Assembly (NCBI RefSeq): GCF_052425735.1
Contig: NC_135758.1
Span: 39,866,001-39,930,000, forward strand
Source of the DNA: Oculina patagonica
Taxonomy: Eukaryota
Direction of reading: 5' to 3'
Length of the DNA: 64,000 nucleotides
Shown: positions 35,701 through 47,462 of the stretch, piece by piece
Numbering within the stretch: position 1 is the stretch's first letter
Layout of the letters: each line of letters opens with the position of its first letter
Program-made: the position numbers and the translations under genes
The notes under the pieces: model-generated
Seen by the model: the letters and a program-made list of their open reading frames with translations, nothing else
Databases searched by the model: none
Told to the model about the DNA's origin: nothing

Positions 35701-38700
35701 TTTCAATTGAAGATTTTACGAATTTGCTAAAGAGTACCCCGGCATGATCCAGCAACTCATTTTTAATTCTTTCCTTAGTGAGGGTCATGCTTCTGCTCGA
35801 AATGCACACAAAATTTTAGTGGGTGTTTGTTTGCTCATGGTCGTATATATTTACAAGTGCTTGTATGCTCGGTTTTTAGTGGATGTAGTTTTTTGAAAAG
35901 TGCAAGGCTAACTTTGTGCTCACAACGAAAAACCCTGTGCTAGCATGCTCACAAATGCCATTCGATACCCCTCTGTTATCTTTCAGAGAGGATAAAAGTT
36001 TGTGTGCATAAAAGATCAAGAGATTGCTATTATCAAACCAAAGTGGTACTTACCAGTACAATGTCCAAATTAAACATTATTGTTTGTTGTTTTGATTTAG
36101 ATTTTGATATTGTCACATGTCAGCTACCTGTGTCACCAAAATTCAATCATGGTGTCAACGATAAGATGTGTGCCATCCCAGAAGAGACTGATTCCAAGAT
36201 GGACCTGCTATCCATACCACCCAATGAATGTGCAGCACAGTTAACGGCAATGGATGCTGTAAGTGCAACCTTACCTTTTAAAACTGGGATTTAAACTCAC
36301 TGAAATCTCTGCTCTACCATTGCTTTGCTGACTAATCTAACAAGTACAGCTTCAGCAGTGGTGGATCTAGGGGAGGGACCCAGGGTCCCTAGGCCCACAT
36401 CTTATTTTTAGGCTTAACTGAGGCCCTAAGGGCTCAGAAAAATTATTTCCGAGAGCGCCCCCCTCTTATCCTAAGAGTGTGGATGATCTGACCCCACTTA
36501 CCTGAGGGTCTGAATCCACCACTGTTCAGATACCTTATGTTTAGAAGTTTTTACAGTGTGACTGACTGCATGATGCAGGGAGAAATGTGACCAAAAACAG
36601 ACAAATAACAACAGGACAAAGCAGAGATGTAAAGAATAGGTGTAAGGCAGAAAAAAGAACCACCTGAGTACTTGATTTTTACGGCTAAAAAAAATGGTGT
36701 CTGGTTAGATCTTCTTTTTTAAGACCCAAATTTTCCGCCTGTGATCAAGAAAATTTCGGCAGTTGGAAATCTTAGCTTCATCCCTGACAAAGTTTCCACT
36801 TGTAAGGATTTTGTATTGATGAAGTTTTTATTATCATTTCCCGTGATTTTAGAAGCTGTTCAAGAGAGTAATAGCTTGGCACTGTCTAGGGTGTGTATGG
36901 GGCAAGAACAAAAAAGAAGGTAAAGCTGAAACAGTTAAGGCCACAGTGGACCAGTTTAATGCTGTGTCTCTCCGCGTCATCTCATCCATACTAACATGCT
37001 CAAACAGCAAGACTAGTGGGCCTAACACTAGGGGAAAGTACATTGCACGTTGGATAAATGTGGCACAGGTAAGACTTGTTGGTACAAACACTAAATACAG
37101 GGAAAGAGAGATTTAAGGTATAGATGCCAACCTTATAAAATCAAAACCGGGGAGATTGCCAATTTTTCATTAGGTAACTCTCTTTACCCCAGAAACCGAG
37201 TAAAAAAAGACCTTGCTGATTCATCCACAAAAAACCCTCAAATACCTAAAACATTTTCCCCTTAAATAAGTGTGAAAACACGTATTTCAAGCACTTTCCT
37301 TCATAACCAGTAGATTTAGTGACCTGCACAGGAGACTGGGAGATTTGGTCTGTATTCTGGAGACTCCTTGATGATTCAGAAGAGTTGGTGTCAGTAGTTT
37401 TTTTAGCCAAAATCTGTAATGATATTGTAGCTGAGACCCCAGTGTGTGACCATTCATTACAAATGAAAGCTATCAAGCAGGGCTTTCATGTGGTACTGTC
37501 TATGACACTTTAGAATATGTGGTTCTAACTTTGCCTGTCAAAGGCTCTAAAATTGTGGATTTTTTTTTCCATGGAGTAGGGGATTGGAGTAGATGTTTCT
37601 AAGATGAAAACCTTTAAATATTCTTCTGATAATTAAATTAATTAAAATTGATTTTTTGTTTTGTTTGATAGGAGTGTAGAGATCTAAAGAATTTCTCATC
37701 CCTGAAGGCTATTTTGTCAGGCTTGCAGTCAGCTCCAATACACAGACTCAAAAAATCCTGGTCTCATGTCTCCAAGTAAGTGCTGCTTCTTCTTATTCCG
37801 GCCCTTTGAAAGTGAGATACTACCAATGTAAACTTCTAAATAAACAGACATCACCAAGCGTTGGAATAGAATGGTGGCCATGCACAATGCAAGTTTAAAA
37901 TAACTAGTAAAAAAAATGATTATGAATAATGAATGGTTTAATCACAAAGTGACCAGCTCCCAGTTGGCTTGATAGCTCAATTGGTAGAGCACTGCACTGG
38001 TATTTCTGTCATGGGTTTGAATCCTGTTCTTGAAGCCTGAGTTTTTTACAGGCTTGAACAAAAATGTTAAACTTAATTTTCGAATATTATTATTATATAT
38101 CAAATGGTGGTATGGATTATGAAGGAGTAGATCCTTTAGAGTCAAATAATTTTACATTTATTGTGTCATTAATTTGCCATTGAACTTTAGTCAACCAATG
38201 AATACATGCTTATAACAATTATATATGTTTAAAGTATTGAAACATATGTAACTGTAAATCATTGTATTATCTTGTCAGAGACATTTATGCCCTGTTCAAT
38301 GAGCTGTCAAATATTTTCTCTGAAGACAGCAATCAACAGAGTAGCAGAGAACTTCTCATGAAGGTCGGTACATTGTAATGAATGGATGATATTTTGATAC
38401 AGTAAAAATTATGTACTTACCGGTAATCTTTGTGCATGTCCACACATGTCCAGGCCTTTAAGTTAAAATTAACATTAAATAAAGAAACTAAAAGATCCTC
38501 CTGCCCTAAAAGAGCATTGTGCATCTTAGACACAAAAATCCCTCCCTTTCTAATCCCCCCAGTCCACTCTTACCTGCCTCAGACACTATGATAATAGACT
38601 TCTTGACCATTTAAAAGGAAACAATATGAAACAGGGATGGATCTAAGTACATGTTGAATTAGTCCATTATTATTGATTCAAAGTGAATTTTTGCCAAATG

Positions 38701-41700
38701 TTTCCTCCAAAAGATTGAGAAGAGCGGAGTATGAAAGAGTTGTAATAAACAGTAGCATCATAGGTCTGCAATGAGTGCAAAGGGCTACAGCTACATAGTA
38801 CTCGATATGCATTGCATGCCTATAATGTCGGCCAGTTTCATATTGGGTTGTAAATAAACTACAGCATGCTGAATGCAACTTTAGATAAAAATAATGTAAA
38901 TTAACATGCCTGCAATAACATGCAAAGGAGTTACATGTACAGTTAGTCAATAAAGACTAAAGCATTTTTCTGGTGGATTTTTGTCTTAAAAATCTGAGTT
39001 TGTTTGCAATATTATACAGGAAGGAACTGCAAAGTGGGCCCAGTTGGATTCTTCACCAACAAAGAAGGTGCCAAATCTGAAGAAACGCAAGTCTCGATTT
39101 ATGGACCTGGTAAGTATTAACACCATCACATGTCATTATTAAACTAATAATCGTTAAATTGTAATAATAATAATAATTAATAATAATAATTTATGAATTT
39201 ATATTGTGCTTTTTAACATATAAATGAGCAAAAGCGCATTACAATATTAAAACTTAAAATTATTAAAATATACTAACTATATACATTACAATATTAAAAC
39301 ATAAAAATATTAAAATATACTAACTATATACACATTATTGACTAGATCTAAAAGTTAAAAAAAAAGCTAATTTAAAAAGATATGTTTTAAGACGAGATTT
39401 AAAACTAAAAATAGAACTAATATTACGAAGGCTAGCTGGAAGCGCATTCCAAAGCGTAGGCGCACTGACACTAAAAGATCTGTCACCAAAAGACTTTTTC
39501 ATTTTGCCTTCTGGGTGCACTAAAAGCGTACTTGAATTTATAGAGCGCAGTGAATAGCGTGCGTACTTCCTTACCTTAATTAAGTTACTAATATAAGTTG
39601 GAGCCATGCCGTTAAGAGCCTTAAATGTTAAAAGTAAAATTTTAAAATGAATTCTATATCTAACAGGTAACCAGTGTAGTTCTTGTAAAACAGGCCTGGT
39701 GATGATTTAATGCATCATTCTTTCTTTAAGGGAATTATCCAAGGAACAGTTCCATATTTAGGTACATTTCTAACAGACCTCATGATGTTAGATACTGCTC
39801 TTCCAGATTTGACAGAGGTAAGATGATCCTTTTTGCATGGTCAGTTGGTTTACTGTCTTCCCTTAGCTTAAGTATTATCCAGAAACAAACTATTTTATAC
39901 CATACCTGAGAAAATTCTCGCACTCTCATTGGTCGCAAATTATGGTAGAAGAGATTTAAGCCCATGAAAATGACATAACTGCAAATTTCGGATACTTTCG
40001 GAGATATTGACACGACCTCTTCACGACATAATCAAGCAAGTGGTAAAAAGGCAGCTTGAAGGCCAAAATTTTCCTACATTTGGTGGCTTCAAGTGAAAAA
40101 AAAAATGCAATCTTATGAGCTGTCAAGCGTAGCTGACTTTGCAATGAAGTTTCCATCTAATTTGTCAGTAAATTTTCAGCGTTATGATATAAAACAAATT
40201 GGCGGGACATTTTTCCAAATTTAAAATTGAATAAACAGTGTTGAACATGTGGTGTATCTAGCTGAATTTGTTTTGCTTACTCTTTCCTCAGGATGGCTTG
40301 ATCAATTTTGAGAAGAGAAGAAAGGTACGTGAATCTAAAAATTGTGGTCTTCTTTCAGTGTTTATTCCCACACTGCACTCAATTGCCTGTCTTCAAATTT
40401 CTCAGGTTTAAATTTACCTATGCTTTCAATTTTAGGAGTTTGAAATAATTGCTCAAATAAAGCTGCTACAAGAAGCTGCCAAGAACTATATAATCGTCTC
40501 TGATGAAGCATTTCGACGTTGGTTCAACAACATTAAGATATTTTCGGAATCAGAGAGGTTAGTTAAAGTAACACATTGTAGTAAGCCTGCGTAGCAGGCG
40601 TCTGTGTAGTTTTTTGCGCATTTAAAAGAGTGCGCGATAGCAGGCGTCTGTGTAGTTTTTAGCGCGTTTAAAAGAATGCACGATCGCGAGAAGGCCGCGC
40701 CACACGTGGGCCGCAAACACATTTCGGTGGGTTTCCGGGCAAGCGCCTCCTCAATTTTTTCCTAGTGTAGACCGCTCGCGCCTTTCGTGTTTCCCATATG
40801 CGCGCTCCAAACTACGACGCCTGCTATGCAGGCTACATTGTAGTTGGTTAGTTGTACTTTTCTATAATTTGATTTGTTCACCACCTTTTACTGACAATAT
40901 TGCAACTCATTTCCTCCTATTGTGTGACTGTCACAAAATGTTTCTGTTGTGTGACATATTCTATAATTTACAATGTTGAAACATTCCCTCCTTTCTTCAG
41001 TCATTCTTTTTAGAGGTACTGTGTGACTGTTAGACAACGTTTCTGTTGTGTGTCTGTCACACAATAGTTCAGTTTGGGGTTGTCACACTACAGTTTTCTT
41101 GTGTAGACTGCCACAGTGTTTTATTCCGTTGGTTGTGTGACAGTCACGCAACAGAAGAGTAAGCATGGGACAAGGAAAGGGCAAAACCACAAAACTTGCA
41201 TGGACTGTTGTTCCCATTTTACTAGATGAGAAGTTGGCCATTTAACTCTTGTATTTTAAGTGACTTTAAGTAACACATGGCTAAGTGCATGACCACTATA
41301 AACATTTTTATATTTTAAGCTATAAACAACATGTTTAATTTTTTTTAATTTTTTAATGGCTCGTTTTGTCCGCAGCTACCATTTGTCTTGTAAGGTTGAA
41401 AGAATAGAATTAAAATATACGAAAAAGAAGGGTGTGAGGCCAACAATGAGGTTTGTATGCCTTTTTCGATTTTCTGATGTAAATAGTTTCATACCAATCA
41501 AGTAAAGTAACAAACAAACAAACAAGCAAACAAATTTATGAACCACATGTAGGAACTTCTTATCCTTGCAAAATTGATCCAAACATATAGATAAATTATG
41601 GTTTACACAGCTTTTCGTTCTGAAAACGTGTGGCATAAGTCTCCTCTTTAGTGAAAACTACTGTTGACTTTTTAAAAGAGATGGTTTTAAAATGCTTAAT

Positions 41701-44684
41701 AGGGATAAAACATAAAAATAAATCGTCTCGTAACAATGTAACTTTGTTTTGGCCCATCACGTAATCCTCAAGGAAAGATTGTGTTACAATCTACAAGAAA
41801 GTTTTGCTGATTTGTATTTTTTTGTATAAACCTATCCTTGTAAATACTTATCCTTTGTTTTGTATAATACTTATCCTTTGTTTTGTATATTGATTGTAAG
41901 CTTACCTCTTTGCAAATTCACCTCTCTATTTTCAGACGGATGCTGAGTGAACCAGACATCAGCAAATTGAGTTTAATGACACAATTCTCATCACAAAGTC
42001 TTTCTCCTCCTGCCAATGATAAACCATGCAAATCCAACGAAAATTCGCCCGTCATGCCCCGTCGACATGAAAGAAATGTAAGTTCTACAGCGGTCATTGT
42101 GTAAAAATTGACTTTATTTTACGAGGGTTGCCCGTAATAGTCTTGGGACTAACAAACCTGTGGTTCTCAGATTCCCAATCAAATTGGAATTTAGAAGTGT
42201 TGGTTTTTGTGGATGGAGGAAAACTAGAGAACCCGGATCTAAAAACCTCGGAGCAAGGACGAGAACCAACAACAAACTCAACCCACATATGACACTGGGT
42301 CCGGGAATTGAACCCGCTCCACATTGGTGGGAGGTGAGCGCTCTCATCAGTGCGCCATCCCTGCTCCCTGTGTTCAGTGTCAATTAGGAAGATTATTTTT
42401 TTTGTGAAGAAAAGGGTAAAAACATACCCGAAATCAAGATAATTTGTGAAAATTTCCAAGAAAAATGTCAAATTTAGGTCACGGAAAACTTTTAAAAGTC
42501 ATGAAAAAGGTCATGGAAAGTCATGGAATTTCAAAGCTCAAAGGAGCACGAACCCTGAGTTAAACCATTGATTGATTGACTGACTGCTGATTGATTGATT
42601 GATTGATTGACAGAACTCTGGCTCCTCCGCCTCCTCCACATCTTCTGGTGTATCGTCAGGATCAGACGTATCAGTGACAAAAGCCTCCTCATTCTCTCTG
42701 CCTCGGCGCGCCTTACCCGCCGTTCCGGATTGCACGCCACCTCGTATAAACAAAACTGGTATTACACGACGGTCACTTCCGGTGCGTCTACCTCAACCGC
42801 CCAGTCCCTCAGGTAAATCGGCCCACGCTGGTTGTATAATCCGGGTCAGCATCGAGGGACTGGAAGATAAAAAAGCTGGTGGTGTTATATACAGAGGCAT
42901 CTGGGTAAGAACTTATTTAAGGTAGTCCTGCAGGCCTTATGAATGATAAGGCCTTATGAATGATAACGTCGTGTGGTCAAAATCCACCACTAAGCCTCGT
43001 TTACGCGAATTATCTCAACCCTCTTCCATCTTTATGCAGTTTTCACGTGGGTATTCTTTTCATTTTTGCTGCTTTGGGAATTCATTTGTGATAAGATTTA
43101 TAAGTTTGCACTTCGAAAGCGAGGCTTGGTGGTGAAACTAGCCAGTCTGACGTAAACATGCATAAGGGCTATTTGGTAATCTTGAGTGTTTTTTTTTTTG
43201 CTGTAGAAAATTGATTTAATATTGACTTATGGTGTGTCATTTTCCTTTGTTACACAAAAGTGTATGCAGCTTACAGAATTTCTGTCAAGTTTAAAGATTT
43301 TATGGAATTTGAGGATTTTTAAGGTAGTGCGAGTATAACTACCACTTAGGAAATCGGCCATGACTGAAATGGAATAAATTTTTTTTAAATAAGAAATCAC
43401 CCGCAGATATACTGCCTAAAATTAATCTCACAAGAATTCTTTACCTTGTCACACGAACAGTATCCAACGTCTTTTGACGAAGTGCGATAAAACGTTAGTA
43501 TTTCCAAGATGTTAAGCTTACCATGTCTCTCAATGAACTGATAAATCCTGATGTTTTCGTTGCGGAATTTCCGCGAATGGCGAACCTCTTTTCTTGATAT
43601 ATAACTACCTGACAGTGACTACAAAATACAGGTGCAAAATTAATTCAAATTGTGCAACAGCCTCTAATGTAGGCCGCTATTAGCTCGTTATGTAATCTTT
43701 TGGACAGAGTTACCCAGTTTAACATAATAAATATTGTTTGATTGTGATTGACAGCTGTCAGATGACGAGCGAACTCCAGGTGTAATTCGGACGTGTTTGG
43801 AGAAGCGTGACATGGAAGGTGATCCCAGTGAATACGTTCTTGTGCAAGTTCTTAGTAATGGAGGTAAGTGTGTGAACAGCAAAAACAAAAAAAAAATGTA
43901 CTGAGGGATATGCCCTTGCTGTCGCATCAAATACTCTGGACTAACATTTAAACCATAGATGTTCAACGGCTTCGTGGTTTGCCGGACTTGTGTGTTCTCT
44001 GTTGCTATTGGTATTCCTTTAGATTTTATTCTAAGACAGACTCGATCGAGTGCCTGTGAACATTTCATGCTCTGAGCCTTCGGTTTCAGTTAGTAAACTT
44101 GTGGCTTAGTAACGCGACGTCTTCTAGCCTGCGAACAGGCTCCCGAGTGGTGTTACGCGAGCCAAGCGAGCGGAAGAGCGGGGCCTGAGGGGGAAGAGCG
44201 GGGCCTGAGGGGGAGTACGGGCTCGCTACGCTCGCGTAACCCCCCACTCGGGAGCCTGTTCGCAGGCTAGACGTCTTCTCATGGTGCAACCCAAACGCGT
44301 AACCTTGAGTAACAAACGGAGTGGAAAAGAGGGACTGGATTGGGAGCTTTCTGAATTCACATTTTCGTCGGAAAAGTAGGGGCTCGAGTCCCCGCTCGGG
44401 TCCTCCGGTCCCTTTCCTTCTCCCCTTCCCCGGACCCGCCCTGAAGGTACTGGCAAGTGTCCGCACTACTTACTAAGTGAACAATAAGAATTGGATACTG
44501 CTACAATGTATGTCTCAACAAGAACTGCCCAATATTATTTAGACCTTATGTTCTGTTGTTTTCTCTTTGTATTCTAGCCGAGCTCGTTATTCCAGACAAT
44601 GCAAACGTCTACTACGCCTTGAACTCAAGCGTGGAATCTTTGTTATTTAAACTCAAGAAAAAGGAGAATACAAAACTGAGTTGA
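29789..44684 (+). CDS. RGL: Ral guanine nucleotide dissociation stimulator-like GEF (RalGDS/RGL; REM + RasGEF + RA domains), 17 exons, ~739 aa
   Basis: Exons 29789-29833, 30379-30677, 34252-34314, 35223-35416, 36101-36258, 36853-37068, 37672-37775, 38279-38363, 39020-39109, 39731-39817, 40292-40324, 40436-40557, 41376-41450, 41936-42077, 42614-42904, 43755-43863, 44578-44684 (2220 nt, in frame). Motifs [92 protein letters not shown]. First exon less certain. Confidence 0.93.
31536..32254. mobile_element. PIF/Harbinger-type MITE, TAA TSD
   Basis: GGGCCTGTTTACATGG...CCATGTGAACAGGCCC with TAA on both flanks; subterminal CCCGGC repeats. Confidence 0.85.
32496..32933. mobile_element. CCCAGGGGGG-terminus MITE, 8-bp TSD
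   Basis: ~45-bp TIR (..GTACTTGGGATTTTAAGTGACAGGGATGATCGAA); GCCTTGTT on both flanks. Confidence 0.85.
32985..33313. repeat. Interspersed repeat with CTTCGGAAA units and a terminal imperfect palindrome (33173-33313)
   Basis: ATAATACATGGTTG...CAACCATGTATTAT, arms ~60 bp. Confidence 0.65.
33431..33892. mobile_element. Tc1/mariner-pogo MITE, TA TSD
   Basis: CAGTCGAACCCCTATTAAGCGGCCAC...GGCCGCTTAATAGGGGTTCTACTG; multiple TTAAGCGGCC units. Confidence 0.85.
34585..35020. mobile_element. Two family-B SINEs head-to-head (34585-34870 minus; 34885-35020 plus, truncated)
   Basis: Both are homologous to 19095-19385. Confidence 0.7.
36356..36524. mobile_element. CAGTGG-terminus MITE, 5-bp TSD
   Basis: CAGTGGTGGATC...GAATCCACCACTG; TTCAG on both flanks. 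Confidence 0.8.
37940..38056 (+). mobile_element. tRNA-like SINE/repeat unit
   Basis: GATAGCTCAATTGGTAGAGCA A-box and degenerate B-box GGTTTGAATCC. No complete cloverleaf. Confidence 0.6.
39162..39697 (-). mobile_element. 5'-truncated L2/CR1-group LINE 3' end in RGL intron 9
   Basis: Minus strand encodes [13 protein letters not shown]...APTYISNL...[19 protein letters not shown]...[10 protein letters not shown] (typical L2/Crack ORF2 C-terminus), followed by a 3' UTR with a ~47-bp duplication and a (TTA)n tail. Confidence 0.85.
40583..40835. mobile_element. TAGCC-terminus MITE, 9-bp TSD
   Basis: AGCCTGCGTAGCAGGCGTC...GACGCCTGCTATGCAGGCTA; CATTGTAGT on both flanks. Confidence 0.8.
40920..41152. 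repeat. Degenerate minisatellite of TGTGTGACTGTCACA-like units
   Basis: Recurrent TTGTGTGAC/GTCACA motifs in RGL intron 12. Confidence 0.55.
42110..42370 (-). mobile_element. tRNA-derived SINE (family A)
   Basis: Reverse complement of the 14260-14520 family. Confidence 0.7.
42566..42610. repeat. (GATT)n microsatellite abutting the RGL exon 15 acceptor
   Basis: Direct reading of the sequence. Confidence 0.9.
44125..44269. mobile_element. TAGCC-terminus MITE, perfect 9-bp TSD
   Basis: TAGCCTGCGAACAGGCTCCCGAGTGG...CCACTCGGGAGCCTGTTCGCAGGCTA; GACGTCTTC on both flanks. Confidence 0.9.
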
Positions 44685-47462
44685 GGTTGTCTTTCTTTTT
44701 TGCCAGTTTACGTATGTGTGTGTTACCACTGTTGATTTTAACTTGCACTCTAAAGGCTGGTTTTCATTAGCGACGAAGTCGGAATCGTAATTAGAAGCGC
44801 AGAGCGTTACGATCTTGTGGAAAATCAAACCGACGGAGTCGTCAGCAGAGTTTCCGATTACACTTATGATCCAGTAAAAGATTGTGGGAGTCGCAAGCAG
44901 AAAGGAAGGTTTCGGAGAGCCTGAGAACTAGCATTGTGTTTGGTTTGTTCTTCCGTTTCTGCTTGCGACCCCGACAAATTAATTCTAAAAGTACGGTTTG
45001 TTCCCTTTTATTTATTTTGTTATTTTTATCCGTAGAATAAATGGGAGAACAAGCGCAAGGAATAGAGACCAAGATATCAGATCCGTGGACTGCTCTAGTG
45101 AAATCCCTGGAAAGTCGTCCCTATAGGTCACTGATGTCTAATAAGGGAGCTTGCTAAGCAAAGCTGTCCACTCCAAAACAACTCTTGTTTTAAATTTTTT
45201 TTAGCCGAACCAAATCGTGTCGAAGTGTGGACCAATCAATATTTCGCTGTGTATAGTATATGCTTTATCAATTTTGGAACAAATGGGCACCGTGTGCTCT
45301 CTGATTGGTCACTCAGGCGGCATGTAACGCGTACGCGTTACGCATGAAAAGGATTGCTTACGCATGCGTAGTTATCCTCTTGTAGAAAGCAACAAATATT
45401 TGTAAATATCAAATGATCTTATGTCAACCCAGACAGGTTTTTTGTCGATGTAACTGAATGACATTAAAAAAAAAATATAGATATTTCTCAAACGGAGGAA
45501 GATAAGAATTTTTAAATTGTATTTTTCTGACGAGAAAAATTGATCAAAAGTATCGCGCTGCTACAACGCAAAATGTTTTATCAATATTTTTATATTTTCC
45601 TCCCAATTGTAAATTTGTTTATAGCGAAAACCTCATCTGAGATGAGAAAGATTTTTCATTTTTTAAAAATATCTTAATGAGCTTTAGGCCCAAAGCTTGG
45701 TCAGCATCTAACATCACGGTGATTAGAATAGAACAATGGATCAAGCGGGGAAGAAATTTTAAAAAAGAGAGTATTTGAAACTACTAAGGGCCCTTTTACA
45801 TGGAAAGAGGATGATCCTAGTGCTAGGATTATTCTCTTCTTATGTTAAGGGGGCCTAAGAAAAAAAAACGAAATCATCAAAAATGCCACGACATCAAATG
45901 TAAAACTTGAGAAATATTTTGAATTCGTGCTTTCTGTCGCTCGTTTTAGCGATCAATTTTAGTCGATATTCTGTGTAGTAATGTTTGATTGATTGGTGAA
46001 ACGGGCAACAGAAAAGAAATCTGATAAAAACTGTACAAAAGCTTTATTATGATGTGTCTTGCTGTTTAAAAAAAAATGAAAATAAACTCTCAGAACACAA
46101 ATGAGGTTGTTCATAGTTTCGTTGATTGCGTTGCTAGATTAGTTTAAGACCTTTGGGCGTTCAAAGTATCCTCATACTGCTTGGCAAAGATCTTTGAAGT
46201 GTCGTCGATTGGTTGTTGTTTGGTTGGTTCAATCGCATTTTCCTCGCGCTTGCGCGTCGCGTGTCTGCGCGCGAAGCGTGTTCTCCCCCCGCTCGACTGA
46301 CCCAAAGAAAAATGAGGGGCTACACGTGATCTATTCTAACTACTGGTAACCAAGCAACACCCAGTCTGAGGCTCTTGAATTTGGGAAACACAATGAGACA
46401 ATTTCGTTTAAGGAGCTCTCCCTGTTCTACTTTCTCTCCTACCATATTTAACACTTGGATTTATTTAGTTGGCTACTCTCAGATTACCATGGTCTTTTTA
46501 TGTATTAGCTACAGTGGTCAGTGGCGGATCCAGGTAAAAGGCCTGCAATTCTTCGCCATTACTTATGCCTGCAAAATATAGGGCCCAAAAGGCTAAACTT
46601 TTCTTTCGTCTCCCCCTCCTCCCCTTCTTATAGAAGCAAGGGAGGGCCTAACTCTGCCACCCATCACCCCCTCCCAAGAGGCCATCTGCACTTTCCCCAT
46701 CCCCGCTAGCCCGCGCGACTGAGACAACGCTGGAATGCGCTGAAACGCCGTGAGTTTTTGGCCCATGGCCCGAGAAATTCGAAAACCTAAATATTTTTAG
46801 TGTACTGCTAACTGTCCACTTTGGACTTGGCGGTGATAACTGTACCACTTGCTGTAGTAAAAGCAATATTCCCACCCTCGGAACACTTCAGATAACACTA
46901 TAAATATATTTGTCATGTCTGAAAACATTAAAAATAGGACCAAAATATTGGGTTTTATAATATTCGAGAGACACCAAGCTGAGCCATCAATCAAAACTGT
47001 CTAGTATTTTCTAAAATAAGATTCCACTTAGTCTTCCGCGTTCCTCTGGTGACGTGGCAGAACGAATCGTTGTGTGACCACTCTGTCACGCTAACGATTT
47101 TCCATTTTGAGGAAAAGGTTTTCTTAAAGTTCGACTTTCTAAGAGCTGTTAATGAAACTTTATCATTTTCGTTCTTCTTTTGAATGCCTCATAATCAACG
47201 TGACTGCTTCACTAGGCTGTTTGGGCGCTGGACCAAGAACAATATTGCGTGACACAGTGTGACATAGTCGTGTGCCTTGTTGACCAATGAAACGAACGAA
47301 AAGCTGATTATATTCCAAGTCAATGGTCATTGGCCAATGCATCTTCTTGAACAAAGTCTGACAGCGAGTCGCTTTCTTGCTCGAGTTGGTGACATTCTCG
47401 TTCCGCTTTTTTTTGTGGGGGGGGGGGGCGTTGGTGAAAGCACGTAAAGTTCTGTTGCAGTC

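Noticed and set aside
37963-38037. tRNA gene
   Set aside because: Acceptor and anticodon stems do not pair and the B-box is mutated. Treated as SINE-derived.
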